Below are positions 47,947-61,207 of a stretch of 64,000 nucleotides of DNA, piece by piece. A program made the position numbers and the translations under genes. The DNA lies in the NCBI GenBank assembly GCA_965112155.1, contig OZ218107.1. One strand, given 5' to 3'. Origin of the DNA: Podarcis liolepis (lineage: Eukaryota). The notes beneath the pieces were generated by a model. The model was not told where the DNA came from, searched no databases, and saw only the letters and a program-made list of their open reading frames with translations. How positions within the stretch are numbered: position 1 is the first letter of the stretch; the number at the start of each line of letters is the position of its first letter.

Positions 47947-49656
47947 ACCCCTAAAAAATAGTCTCCTCCTGAAAATTCTCACTTTCACTGTGTATTCCAT
48001 TTAAATTAAAAATGTTCCTGGTATCTTTGGCTTGAAAAAAAATACTTTAAAAAAATTATATACTGTAGTTCTGTTGGTTTTTGTTGCATTACTCATCTCA
48101 ATCTGCCATTCATCTCAACAACCCAGGTCAAGGCCTTTGCCTGCATTCTCTCTTTTATTTTATTTTTTGTTTCAAATGTGGACAAAGTGATTCAGGGTGC
48201 TCGAGAGGACAGTTTTGTGCTGAGAGCTTTTAGTTTGGTGGGGCCTTCATTTGAAATCCTTGGGGATCTAGAGCCCTGAATGCAATTTGCTAATACCCAG
48301 ACCTGCAGAAACAACCAGGATGGCCTTGGATGTTGATACTCTGGGAACAAATAAAAACCAGCTTGCTTATGCACATGAAATGTTCTTCTGTTGTTTGTAA
48401 AAACATTGCGACAGCATAAAAATTATTACAATATGAAAAGAAAGACCTGCAGCCATTAAAAAAAAAAAAAGATATGGCTGCTTCATCCAGTGGACACAAT
48501 GTGGGTTGTCTGGTAGCAGCATGAACAATGAGTGCTTTGTTGTAGGATGTTTCGTGTTGTTGATCATGGAGTGGACAGTTTCCATGGCAAATGAGGCTTG
48601 TTGGAAGGGCAGAGGTACTGTGGTCACATCCTGCATTGAGCAGGGGGCTGGAATCCAAGGTCCTGTCAAACTCCATGGTTCTATATTCCAACAGAGAGGA
48701 CATGAACCGCTACTTTTAAGTTTGTTTCACCTTGGAGAGGGATGCAGGGTCACAGTCTCTCTCTCCCTCACCCGATTTCTGCAGAATCCTTTATGAAACT
48801 CACGGTCCTATTCAAAGACCTATTCCAGTGGGCCTGTTGCGGCTGAATAGGCAAAAAAGAACACAATGAATGACTCAATGCAATGCCTATTCATTTTCAC
48901 CAGACAAGTATCGCAAGGAGGATGACGGAAGTCTTCAGGCTGCTTCCACATGGGGCACACACTGTGGAATAGACATGAGTTGTTCACCCACTTTTTACGA
49001 GGCACGTACATGATGTTGTGAGCTAAACACCAGCCTCCCATGTTACCCTCCTTCAGCTTCTCCCCCCACCCCACCCCAGAGTTCAGAAGATCTGACTTTT
49101 AAAAAACACAATGAAACCACAACACAATTTCCCCATCCCAGATAAGACATTGCACAGCTGCTGAATAACTTGGGGGGCAAGTTATGGCCTGTAAAGATTG
49201 CTCTAGGAAAGATTGCTTTCCTTCTACATCTTTGCCTCCCAAAGGCTTGCAAGAGCTGTTAGTTGAAGCAGCCCTGGCTACAAGCTCTCCAGGCAAAGGG
49301 TGGCTCTGGGGCTGGCCAGGGGGTGGTGGTTGCCAGGAGCTGAGGCAGCCTCAGAGTAAGCAAGCAAGCAAGCAAACGGGGTGAGGGAGCCCAGCCAGCC
49401 AGTCCACCGGCCCTTGCTATTGGGAAAGGACAGACAAATGGGAGGCCAGGCAGGCTGGCGCTGCACTGGCCTTTCTTGTGCTTCCTATGTGCAAGGCCTG
49501 CCTGGGAACTGAGTGCTTTTCCACCATGCAGGGCTGGAAGCATCCATTGCTATCACTGCTGCTTCCCAAGGTAAGGTGCTAGCCTCACATTCACCTTTGC
49601 CCAGTCTCCATTGGGCCACTAAGGCTGGAGGCATCCTTTTCCCAGGCTCCTGTAAG

Positions 49657-49825
49657 CAGTGGCGTAGCGTGGGTTGTCAGCACCCGGGGCAAGACAAGTA
49701 ATTTGCGCCCCCTAACCCGTGGATTTGCGCCCCCTAACCCATGGATTTGCGCCCCCTAACCCTAACCCCCAGATGTTGCGCCCGGTGCGGCCGGCCCCCC
49801 CTGCACCCCCCACGCTACGCCACTG
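49657..49825. mobile_element. Young hAT-type MITE with an internal 22-bp tandem repeat
   Basis: Perfect 17-bp TIR CAGTGGCGTAGCGTGGG and perfect TSD CCTGTAAG. Confidence 0.9.
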
Positions 49826-50569
49826 CCTGTAAGGCAATGTGAGGAGGTACCTCTCTTTTGGGTGGAGTGGGGCAGCTCAGCAGCTGCCCAGAGGACTCCC
49901 AAGGAGGCTGAGGAAACAGCCCACAATGGCTGCCAGCTTGGCAGGCAAAGGGTGACACAAATGGGCTCCTGAGCCCCACAGGGGTGCCGCAGAAGGAATG
50001 TAGCTGGTCAAGGAAGCTGTGGACTGAAAAAGGTTGAAATTTTCTGTCATATACAGATTTAAATATGTGAGGGTGTGGATTACTCTGGTTTAATTTGAAT
50101 AGGGAGAAAGTTGCTTAACAGCTAAATAATAAGGACAGGGCCATAGCTTTATAATGTAACAGCAGCTGGCTTTTTATTCAAATATTGAAAAAGGTTGCTA
50201 CCCTTAAATGAAATAAACGGGAAAGCGTGACCAAGGGGTCACCTTTAAACTCGATCTGCATATTATTTAGGATGTGTGGGTAAAAGCTACTATTTGAAGT
50301 TTCCAAATACATCTGTTATTATCTTCCAGATAGACATCTGCCTAAAACATACATTTTTTTCTATTAGAAAACACAACATGCAAATAAAACAGAAGTAGGG
50401 CACGGACATGCTAATGAAATATAATGACCTGTTTGCGTTAAAACAACAAAGGAAATGAAATGTAGCACTTAAATGAACCTGATCCCGAGTTTCTTCCATT
50501 TCAAAAGCTGTCAATTAACTAAAACTGTACATGTCCAGAAATGCTCATGCTAAGATGATATTAAAAATA

Positions 50570-50894
50570 CAGTGGTGCCTCTCAAGACGAAAAGAATCCG
50601 TTCTGTGATTCTCTTCGTCTAGCGGTTTTTTCGTCTTGCGAAGCAAGCCCATTGACGGATTAGCGCTATTAGCGGCTTTTAGCGGCTTATCTGCTGATCG
50701 GATCAGCTGATAAGCGGCTTAGCGACTTAGAAAAAGGGGGGAGGGGAAAAAACCAGCAGGAACTCGCAAGACATTGTCGTCTTGCGAAGCAAGCCCATAG
50801 GAAATTCGTTTTGCGAAGCACCTCCAAAACGGAAAACTCTTTCGTCTAGCGAGTTTTTCGTCTTGCGAGGCATTCGTCTTGCGGGGCACCACTG
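50570..50894. mobile_element. Tc1/mariner-type MITE with CAGTGGTGCCYCGCAAGACG TIR
   Basis: TIRs and TA TSD; a near-identical inverted copy lies at 60301-60637. Confidence 0.88.
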
Positions 50895-53157
50895 TATGGA
50901 CATGGGGCAATTGGGGGCTTGGAGGTAGGGTGGACACATATCACCAAAAATGTTTTGAGCCTCTCTCTTGAGGGAAATCAAGCAGTTCCCTTCTTTATCT
51001 GCATTCAGGAAACGTGGAAACACTTTACTTAGTTTATCCAGGCTTTTATGAAGTTTTTTATTCTGTTGGTTTTAACTGCTCTCCGCAATACGTTATAAAT
51101 TGTGTTGAATTGTGTTGTGCTGCTTTTATTCTTGTAAGCCCCTCTGTGCTCCTTTTGGGGAAGAAGGGTGTGTTATACATTTGAAATTAATTTAAAGAAA
51201 ACATAAAAAGGACACCAGCTGATAAAAATGTGCACACGACTATTTATATGTATAGTTACAAATTTAGAAATAAATACTCTAAATTAAATAGAGATGCAGC
51301 ACATCTCAACATAGTAGGAAAGACTTTGACCAGGTGACCTATGTTTCTGCCTGCTTATTCTATTGCCCTGGCTCTAACTTCTGATGGGTTCCCCAGATGC
51401 ACTCCACCTTTTTGTGGTTCTCTAACCTTAAACTGCATTTGGACCACACAGCCCTTTGATGTGGGACTCATTCAAACAGAAGGCAGCCTTTCAAATAGAG
51501 GATTTTCCTCTGAAAAGTAGGTAAAGAAGCCAAATTACTCAACAGCTAGTCATCATCAGCATCTACAACTGTCAAGGAATGACCTGCCCTTCCCTACCAA
51601 AGATGACAAACCAAACGCTGACTCAAAAACTGAAAGAAACAAGGCAAAATCCGTGGTTTTCTGCTCAGATAATCATCTCAGCACCACTTTCAGATAATCC
51701 GCTGTAATATTAAATGCACACCCACTCTGGCCCATCCACTGGCTCTGCCGCTCAGGATGAAGTAAAAAATCGTTAGTGCCAGAAATCTGTGAATAATCAA
51801 TCTTTCAGAATGGTTTGGCACTCCTTGTATATTAACATTAAACAGGCACCTTCATTAATACAATTTTAAGTGCCTGCTAAAACCTCACCAGACCAGTCTG
51901 GACATATAATACAGTCATGAATACTTGTTTTAAATTTCTGTTCATTTAATCTGCATGCTATCGATAAATATTTTACGAATTTATGTACACTGCTTAGTGT
52001 TTTTATTATTATTAAGTGGTTTATAAATTTAATTGTGTGTAAGAGCATGTGCACTAAAATCACGCTGCAGCAAAAAACAATGAGCCTCATTTTTTTCACA
52101 TTTCCCAACCCTGCTGATGGGGTACAGGAGGAGGCTGAAGAGAAACCCATAATTTACTCTCGTCTTCCTGAACAGAACCAAAGTCTGCAGGCAGGAAGTC
52201 TGCCATATTCTCCCCTCGGACTGCACAAAATGGAAGGCCTTCGCTGCTTCCAATTTCTTTATGCTTTATGATTATTCCAGCCTGCCTCCCAGGGCTTGGA
52301 ATGTGACAGGGCTCCTATAGTGCCTCATGTTATTCCTGCATAAATGTACTCCAGACAGTATTCTGTTGGATGGGAATTTCTGATGGGAATTTCTGGGGGA
52401 CTTACAGCTCCACCCTGCCTTTAAACCACAGGTTTGCAGACAAAGGTGGAAAGTGGCTCATATAGGCAGAAGGCCATACAAATGACTTCACTAACAATGA
52501 CATGAAAACTGTTGGTTCTGCTATTTTGTGTGGACTGGGACTGCAAGAAAGACAAATGAGTAGACTTGCAGGATTACCTTTGGACTCCAACAAATACAGT
52601 TTTCCTGTATTCTCAGTGACCTCCCTAGAAACACTTGAAGCCAATATGGTTTAAAACAGAGCATGTTATTATTATTGTTTATTATTTATTGCACTTATTA
52701 GTCACTCAAAGCGACTCACAGTATAATAAAATAATAAAACTAAAGCTAAAACATTGACACGCGTTAAAAAGTAGTCTAACACATCCCACCCCACTAAAAG
52801 CGGCAACAAAAGTATGAATGAAAATAATTTTGCTTTGTTTGGATGACAGAAGGCTTTAATGAGTTTTAATTGCACAAACCTAAATCTGTAGGTATGCAAT
52901 TGAATCTCTCATGCAAAATATTGACAGCCTCAAGATGCCCAAGAAGTATTGTGGCACCTTAAAAGGTGCTACAAAAGGAAAATATTTGATGCATATCCCT
53001 GCCATGGTTATTACTATTTTCTGGAAAAATTGAGAGAAGGGAAAACTGGAAATGTTGGTTTTCTTTAAAAAAAAAAACTGTTGCAAAAAGTGCAGTAATC
53101 AGTTTTTAGAAATAAGTTCATAAACATATATAAGCAATTTATACAGATGCTGTATAA

Positions 53158-53190
53158 TGTGTGTGTGTGTGTGTGTGTGTGCGTGCGTGC
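53158..53190. repeat. (TG)n/(GTGC)n microsatellite
   Basis: Directly visible. Confidence 0.9.
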
Positions 53191-53677
53191 CCCAGCTAGC
53201 ATCCAGTCTACCAGGAATAAAGTCTAATGTACTGAAGACGCTATAGAATATTAGCTTTATTTCCACTGTTGTTAACTTGACTTACAAATAATGGCCTCCT
53301 TTGAGCTTTACGCTAATAAAATATTTAGCAGTTGGCATCTATCTTTAGACGGCATGGATCAAGAGGTGTCAATATTAGGCAGAGTGTCCCTACTGGCTGT
53401 CTCATCATCTCTGGAATGAAACGACTTAGAAGAAAAGACAGAATGAATTGTTTTAAGCATTTGAAGCGGAAAGCAAAATCTGCTTAGAATAACCGGATCC
53501 GTGTTTACATCCAGCGAAAACAAATTAAACAACTCTGTGTGCTACTGTGCTCTTAATCATTACCATGTTTAGCAGACAGACCCCACCAATCTATTGGGTT
53601 TCCTTCCTATTGCGTTTCCTGCTAAATAACTTGCTGTTGTGATTGTGATGTGAGTGAACTGTGAAGAATGGCTGAAG

Positions 53678-53813
53678 NNNNNNNNNNNNNNNNNNNNNNN
53701 NNNNNNNNNNNNNNNNNNNNNNNNNNNNNNNNNNNNNNNNNNNNNNNNNNNNNNNNNNNNNNNNNNNNNNNNNNNNNNNNNNNNNNNNNNNNNNNNNNNN
53801 NNNNNNNNNNNNN
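53678..53813. other. Assembly gap (136 N)
   Basis: Run of N. Confidence 1.
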
Positions 53814-55038
53814 AGGAAGATGGTTCAATTTTTGCCCTAATGCTTTGTGGTGTTTTGTGAGAAGCTGCCAAGGAACTGAGAACCATTATGCCAAAGCTGA
53901 ACACATTGTGCATGAAGCCACACAACCCACACCAGACACTTCCAGTTGGTGATATTTCCATGGACTGATAGGTGTTGATAGAAGCAAGGTGATATGTTTT
54001 TCTGTCTGAACGGTGGGTTGGAGCCCTACTCGGTAGAATGGAAAGGGGAGTAAAGACTTGGCATCTCTTTGAGGTGCCATTCTGCCTGACATGCTGAAAT
54101 CCAGTACTGATCATCTGAATCATCACTGGGGCCTTAACTACCCATGTTTGATATTCTGTTGCAGGTCGTATGCCTCAGAATACTGGTTGTTGGGTATTGC
54201 AAGTGGGGAAGGGTGCTGTTGCACAGGTCCTACTTGTGAACCCCTGTGAGAATAGGATGTACTAGAAATGTGACTCTGCTTTGGCCTATAACTGCCCTTC
54301 CTTTCACAAAGCCTGCACCCTTCTCTGCTCCCATTTTGTGTGTCTCTGCACGTTTCAAAATGTAGACATGAGCTCTGCATTTGATAATGTTGTTGGTTTC
54401 CTTTTTTGATTTCCCCCCTCTATTCTGCAAAATATCCACTTTCCCCATAGCATCTCTCTCCTCCCTCACAACATTCATGCATTATTTGCCCACATTCTGT
54501 TCACTGTACTCCCCCCCCCCCCAAATTGGCTGTATTCCCTCTTCTTGCACCTGCACAGAGCCTTCAATTGCCATTATTCATCTAACTGGGTATCTGCAAT
54601 CTGACAATTTCCCACGCTGTTTACTTTATTTAACAGTGCAGGCCTTCTCTCTCTTTCCCCTCCTTTCTTTCTGCCTTTTAAACAAGGTAGGGGGCTCCTT
54701 CAGCTGGGACCCAATACTGCCCTCTCCCAAAGCCTGTTTGGATTCCCAGCACATATACATGTGAAACACTCACTTTGCTATTAAGAGGAATGACTATTAA
54801 TGCAGGTACGCAAATCAATGCACACCAACTTTAAGAGCATAAAAGCAGAGAGCGCTTTTCAAGAAAACGCTTTGATCCAATGCACACAAGTTTAAAATTA
54901 TTGGATTGGTGTTTATAGAAGCTTCATGTGTATCTCTCTGTCTGAGAGATGGATCTTAAGAAACTTCAGTCTAAGAGACTGAACTGCTGGCATTTCTCTC
55001 TCTCTCTCTTGGAAACATCGTGAGATGGTATGACAGCT

Positions 55039-55192
55039 CTGCAGAAGGATGAGTCTATTGTGATTAAGCCCACTGATAGAAGGTATGATTGTCATTTTAG
55101 ATCCCAAGGATTATGTGTCAAAAGTTGAAAGAAAAGTATAAGACAGGAGTGACTGTATCCCTATTGACAAAGATCCTATTCAATTATTACAG
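55039..55192 (+). pseudogene. Decayed fragment of a second Penelope-like RT (Neptune-like)
   Basis: Manual translation across one frameshift gives LQKDESIVIKPTDR / GMIVILDPKDYVSKVERKV*DRSDCIPIDKDPI, which aligns with LRKDNNIIILPADKGNATVVMNTSDYQAKL...YQPIKTDP of the intact ORF. Confidence 0.7.
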
Positions 55193-58100
55193 ATGGCAAA
55201 GAAACAAAAAACCCCCAGTACTATATTATTGTCCATTCTTACTGTGAGTGATCCTTTTGGGAAAATATGGATAAGGATCACTTTCCCTTCCTTGTTTGAA
55301 GTCTCTCAAGATGTTGCATATTCAGGATTGATAACTTACTGCTATTAAAGAACATTTTTGTGCATTGTAATTCACTTTAAAAATAATTAAATCTGCTCAT
55401 TTTACTCATGTGTAATCATCAGCTGCTCCAGCAATGGGTTCATAATATAAATAGAAATGAACTTCTGCAGGGAAAGGCAGACAATAGACAAGTGAACAAA
55501 CATAATGTTCTTAAAGGATAGAGCCAGTGAGCAAGGATTCAATGAACTTCAATGCCCCTAAGGCCTAAAGGTCGGTTGAATGCTGTTTTGTAACAGTATT
55601 TTGTAGCTCTGCAGAATACATTGCTTTCATTCGCTAAGTGGTGAAAGATTCTCCACCAGTCCACATGCCAGCACAGATCCACTGGGAGCCAGCAAAGCTA
55701 TGCCAATTTACACCACAGAAAAAGAAAAAGAAAAAATGAAAGAGAAAGAAATCAAGAGAAAACCGTTTAAGCCCAAATATGTCTACTCAGAAGTCAGTCC
55801 CACTCTCAATATTATTTATTATCATTTTTTAAAATAGACTTCCTCGGGACTGAGGAACCTGTGCCCTCTTGTCGCCTTTTTCAGATCATGCCTTTTTGCC
55901 CAACCTAACCACCGAAACCAGTGAGATTTAGGATATATTTGTTTCCAAGCCCATAGCCAGAAATTTTGCCAAGGTAGGAGAGGCAAATAGCCTACATTGC
56001 AAGTATCTGTATAATAGCAAAAACCTAAATGCAAGCAATCCATTATGTTTTAAATAATTTATTGTAATTAAAATGTATTTGTTATTAAAAATATCTGTTT
56101 AAAAACAATAGCACACGAGTGCCCGCCACTTTATTCCAAAGTTAGAGAGGAAAAACTAAGTACCAAATACCCACAAAGCTACACACAAGCGAAAATAAAT
56201 GAATAATGTCATGTACCCAATCTGTTCCCAAGTCAGGAAAATCAATGTCAATCCTTGCAACCAGAAAAATTAATGCAGCCACGGCCAAATGGAGAAAAAC
56301 AACTGCCATAATTGACAAGGAAGAGAAGTTCAGAAATCCTCCCCACCTCTCCTGCTTCATTGCCCTGTACAAGCAGCAGAAGGAAATGAAGCTGGACTTC
56401 ATTGCTTTCCTGGCTTGTCAATCAGGTTCTGAGCATTTGGAAAGAATGCTGCCTGCACATTTCCCCTGCTCTGCACAAGTTAAGTGCTTGTAAATCTCAG
56501 AAATTCCAGTGAAGGCTCTGGATTTTGGCAAGTCCCCTTCGGCAACCTTCCTATCAGGTTTCTCTCTCTCTCTCTCTGCATGTGTCTCAGTACAAAAACG
56601 AGGTGGATACTATGTCTACCTTTGACTTCCCCAGCGTTACCCATGGAGTCCTGTTGCAGCAAAGCAATGCCAGACCAAATAAGCCCCATGCTCATCAGGA
56701 ACATAGAAAGCTTCTGTGAAGATAAGGCTCCATGAAGAGTCAGGGTGGAAGGAATAAGGAGGTGAAGGAATATGGCTCCAGAGAGGCAGTGGAAGTGCAC
56801 AAGCATCCAAGATGGAAATCTCTCGTATTGGAACACAATTAAAATGTTGTTTTCTAGTTCTGTTCCATAATACAGCGAACAACACATGGCCCCAGGAGGT
56901 GGTATCCACAAGGTGATATCGAAGACTGGAAGGGTGAGAAAGAAGGTAAATGGAACATCTCTTCCAGACATGTTAGATCTTTCAAACCATGCTCCAGTTG
57001 AGTTAAGCAGCAGTTTGGCCTGTTCATGGAAGCCAGTGGAGCTGTGGCTAAGGCAGATAAAAAGGAAGGTAGCTATTTAATTGAATCGTGCAGGGACCCA
57101 AGCCACTGATTTGTTTAACACTTTAACTGCAGAAGGAAAGTCTAATATTGCAGATATTGCGGGTAAGAAGTTTTGAGGGATGCAGTGCACCAAGAAGGAA
57201 TAGACTTTTGAGATGTTTTTCATACAAGAAAACAACACGATGAAGAATCGTCGCAGCATTTGTTGCTGATCTGAAAGGGCCTGTATCAGCTTGAACCAAA
57301 GTTGTCACATATATGTTTGCATATGCAGGAAATAGTATGTGCTGGTTGTAGACTATTTTTCTCACCATCCAGAAATTGTCTACTAACTTATACCACAGGT
57401 TCTCAGGTGACTGAACAAATCCAAGTTCATATTTGGGGGGCATAGGATTTCTGAGGTGGTTTGGCTAGCTAATGGCCCTCAGTTTGCTTGCCATGTGTTT
57501 AAGAACTTTTCAAAAGTATATGGGTTTCTCCATATCGTTTCAAGGCTCAGATAATCTCAGTCAAATGTCCTTGTTGAAAATGGAGTACAAATTGCCAAGA
57601 AATTGCGAAGGAAAGTACAAGAGGCAGGCACTGACCGAAACCTGGCATTGGTGAATAATAGGGCATTTCCACTAGAACATGGAAAGGCACCTGGAGTGCT
57701 TCTGTTTGGAAGGATTAGTTGAACAATATTGCCCAACTTATTAGAGGTTGTGGAAATGGCGTAGTTTGAAATACACTTCCAAAAAGGCTCTATGAAATTT
57801 AAAGAAAAGGCGTACTACGACAATGACTTGCAGAATATTGTAAAATATTGTAGCCAGCTGCACATTTATGATGGCTCCACACGGAAACTGACTGCAAAGG
57901 TTACTAAGGAAGAGGCTCCATGCTCATACATTGTCTCCACATCAGATGGGCAGTCATAAAGGAGGAATACACAGCATCGTTATTATCAGAAAGGGGGAGA
58001 AGTGAGAGCAAGGCTCCATTAAGAGATGGGGTGGAAGGAATAAAGAATGATTGGAAAGACCAAGGAGTGAAATAAGAAAAAGAGTGGAAGAGCAGAAGCC

Positions 58101-58299
58101 AAAGGGTCATCTGAGGTGGAGAATTCAGTAAAACATTTGTTGTTAGCTCACAGCAGTTTCTAGCTTTGATCCATAATACAAGGAACAACCCAGAGCTCTG
58201 CCTTTTACTAAGCCACCTCAGTATTGTCTACACATTCTCTCAGTATTGTCTACACCAATTAGCAGCAAATTCTCTAGGGTCATAGGTAGGGAACTGGAC

Positions 58300-58385
58300 T
58301 TTTTCAGCCCTATCTGGAAGTGCTGGGGATTGAACCTGAGGCCTTCTGTGTTCGAAACCTGTGCTCTACCACTAAGCTATGGTTG
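58300..58385 (-). mobile_element. tRNA-derived SINE head fragment
   Basis: Minus strand TAGCTTAGTGGTAGAGCAC (A box) ... GGTTCAATCCCC (B box). No complete cloverleaf. Confidence 0.55.
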
Positions 58386-58798
58386 CTCCCCATGAGCTAA
58401 GGTTCTTCCCTGGGGCTGTATTCTATGCTCTAATCACTTGTCACCCTGTCTCATATGGGTTTGCAGGTCAGCCAAGTACAGAACACCATATATCATGGTA
58501 TATGCATAGGTTGCAAAGTTTAATCAGTGCTTAACCAGTAAATTAATCAACTGCAGCTTTAGTACCAAAAGGGGGGGAAAGAAATCCCTCTGTTAATCAC
58601 TAGGCCATAGAGCAAGAAAAAAACCTTTTGAGCTTTAATTCACTACTGGGCAGGCCACAGATATATTCACACAGAGATAAACACTGTAGGGAGTTTGACA
58701 TGTAAGGAAAATTGCCTGCCCTTCATTATTCTAAGAAAAAAAGGAGGGAGGGTCATCACAGAGGTTTTACAATGTTTAAGCATTTAAAAGGTTAAACT

Positions 58799-58915
58799 CA
58801 GGGCTTTTGTTGAAACTCAGTTCAAGCACCTCTCATGTGGGCGTCATTGCCATTATAAGAGAACAAGGTTCATGGTGAATTCCAGTATACCTTCTTTTCT
58901 AGTAAAATAGCACTG
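58799..58915. mobile_element. Small hAT-type MITE
   Basis: Ends CAGGGCT...AGCACTG; TSD GTTAAACT/GTTCAACT. Confidence 0.6.
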
Positions 58916-60300
58916 GTTCAACTAACTGTATTTCAGAAATCATAGAACAAGATGTCAATGGAATGATACACACTACACAATTATTGTGCATATAGTGCTT
59001 GATCAACATGTTGTGGTTTTAGTAGGTACACATTAGAAAATGGGCTTGGGCGTGTTTGGCCAGTCTAGCGAGACAATGTCACACAATGCCTTTCAAAACT
59101 GCAACCCAGTCATCATAGTGGAACATACCAAAAGTAGCTGTCATGACTCCTAAATTTAATAAAGGTAGGGCAAGTATGGAAGGGGTAACTTTATGGGGGA
59201 AAGGAGCAGATTGAGAGACATTGTTACTTCAGTAGGTTTTCACTGCCTAGTTAGAGATATTATTACAACTGCTGAAGTCACTGAAATCAAACTGCACATT
59301 CAGAAATACCATGGAGTACTGTATGCATTCCATGCACATTGACAGGCATTTTAATATGTGACCCCTCCTCACCAAAGTCTGAAGTAGTACAGTCCAACGG
59401 GAACTGTACCATGTGGTACTTCTAAATGCAAAGCTTAACTCCGATATTGGGTTATATGGGGGGGGGGGAGAGATAAATGCTGACATCAAGAAAATAAAAT
59501 TAAATATGAAACTCGAGTAAAGCGTGTCATTGCTTTGTCTGTCAGTGGCCTACATCCCAACGTTTAGAAGGAAATAAAGTACTCGCATTGTAAGAAGCCA
59601 GCTTTGCAACAACACAGGCATAATTTTCTTCTTGATCTCTACCCGTTCATTCGCTGAACAATACGCTACCCAAAATTATAACAGCTGTCCCCACACACCA
59701 TTTTAATCCATGTAAGCATATAATCCTTTTAGGAGCTGTATTAAGACATTTGCCTGAATAATTTTGTGTCACAGAGTATTTTGCAAAGTAAGTAACTATA
59801 TGCTAAAATATTTCATGTGTTGCCTTTTAATTTCATTTGGTACACCTCTGCTCTTCTTGTTGAAGCAAAATAAAAGGAAAACCTGTCCAAAAACATGCAA
59901 AAGAAAAAATGAAAAAACACCAAGCCTGAATATTTTAAACATTTAAACTGTTTTTCCATTGATTTTTTTTTATAATGTACTATTTGCAAAACTGTAAACT
60001 GATTAATGGGGAACAATGCCCACTTTATATTCCCAAACTATACAATATATAGGTTATCGTTGTCTATGATATTATTTATTTAGAATGCTTATAATCTGCT
60101 TTATTGCTCTGAGAGGCCCTTCAAGCATCTTGCATCTTACAAACAATTCTCAGAATAAAAATCCATTGCAAAACTCAATTGAGAAGAGTGTTTGAAAGTT
60201 TCTGGCCTTTGAGACATCAACATCTGCATAACTGCTATAAGAATTGCAGTTTTATTGATGTTTTTAAAATATGTGATCATAAGTGCATGTTATGAAAGTA

Positions 60301-60637
60301 CAGTGGTGCCCCGCAAGACGAATGCCTCGCAAGACGGAAAACTCGCTAGACGAAAGAGTTTTCCGTTTTGGAGGTGCTTCGCAAAACGAATTTCCTATGG
60401 GCTTGCTTCGCAAGACGACAATGTCTTGCGAGTTCCTGCTGGTTTTTTCCCCTTACCCCCCTCTTTTTCTAAGCCGCTAAGCCGCTTATCAGCTGATCCG
60501 ATCAGCAGATAAGCCACTAAAAGCCGCTAATAGCGCTAATCCGCTAATCCTTCAATGGGCTTGCTTCGCAAGACGAAAAAACCGCTAGACGAAGAGAATC
60601 ACAGAATGGATTCTTTTCGTCTTGTGAGGTACCACTG
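60301..60637. mobile_element. Tc1/mariner-type MITE, same family as 50570, opposite orientation
   Basis: TIRs, TA TSD and near-identical sequence. Confidence 0.88.
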
Positions 60638-60786
60638 TAACTATTGTATAGAAGTAAGATACCAATGCATCCTAATGGTCTTAGTAGAATATCTTTTATT
60701 CTAAATACTTCCTATATATGAAACTAAACATTGTTTTGCTATCCTATAGTTGGGAGTTCGGCTTGAGTATGTGGTCAAGGTGGGTC

Positions 60787-61207
60787 TAGGGATGGGAAGG
60801 AAAATCAATTTTCATTTGCAGTTTAAGGAGAAACTGCCTAATTCATACTTCTTGAACCAATATGCAAAACAAAACACAGTTATCTTTAGAAATTCAAAAT
60901 CTGAATTTTGCGATGCAGTTCCCTGACCAAGCAATGTATACCTAGAAGATGCATGTATCAGGGATAAGTGTGCCTAAGAATGCATACGTTAGTGAAATAA
61001 CATGCATGTCTGCATGACATTACGGAAAATTGGTTGCAAAGGTGTGTGTGTGTTAGTCAGAACTGCATACAAAAATGTGTCCTTAGGAGAAGTTCACACT
61101 AAAGCGCTGATGAATTTTTCATTAGGATTTCATGTTGAGAACTGCATTTAAGATTGGGGAAATGAGGAACTGAGATACAGTGAAATTGTTGCATTTGTCC
61201 ATCCCTA
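60787..61207. mobile_element. Old MITE with TAGGGATGG...CCATCCCTA ends
   Basis: 9-bp terminal inverted repeat; TSD not clear. Confidence 0.5.

Noticed and set aside
49700-49770. CRISPR-like array
   Set aside because: Contiguous tandem repeat without spacers, in a eukaryotic MITE.
53569-54126. 185-aa ORF and other X-containing ORFs
   Set aside because: They read through N gaps and show no recognisable domain.
58217-58256. Short direct duplications (also ~8668-8746, ~36971-37010, ~41926-41972)
   Set aside because: Ordinary slippage-type micro-duplications with no further structure.
50570-60637. Near-identical inverted ~330-bp repeats as the ends of a 10-kb composite transposon
   Set aside because: Each copy has its own TIR pair and TA TSD, so they are independent MITE insertions. 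No transposase lies between them.
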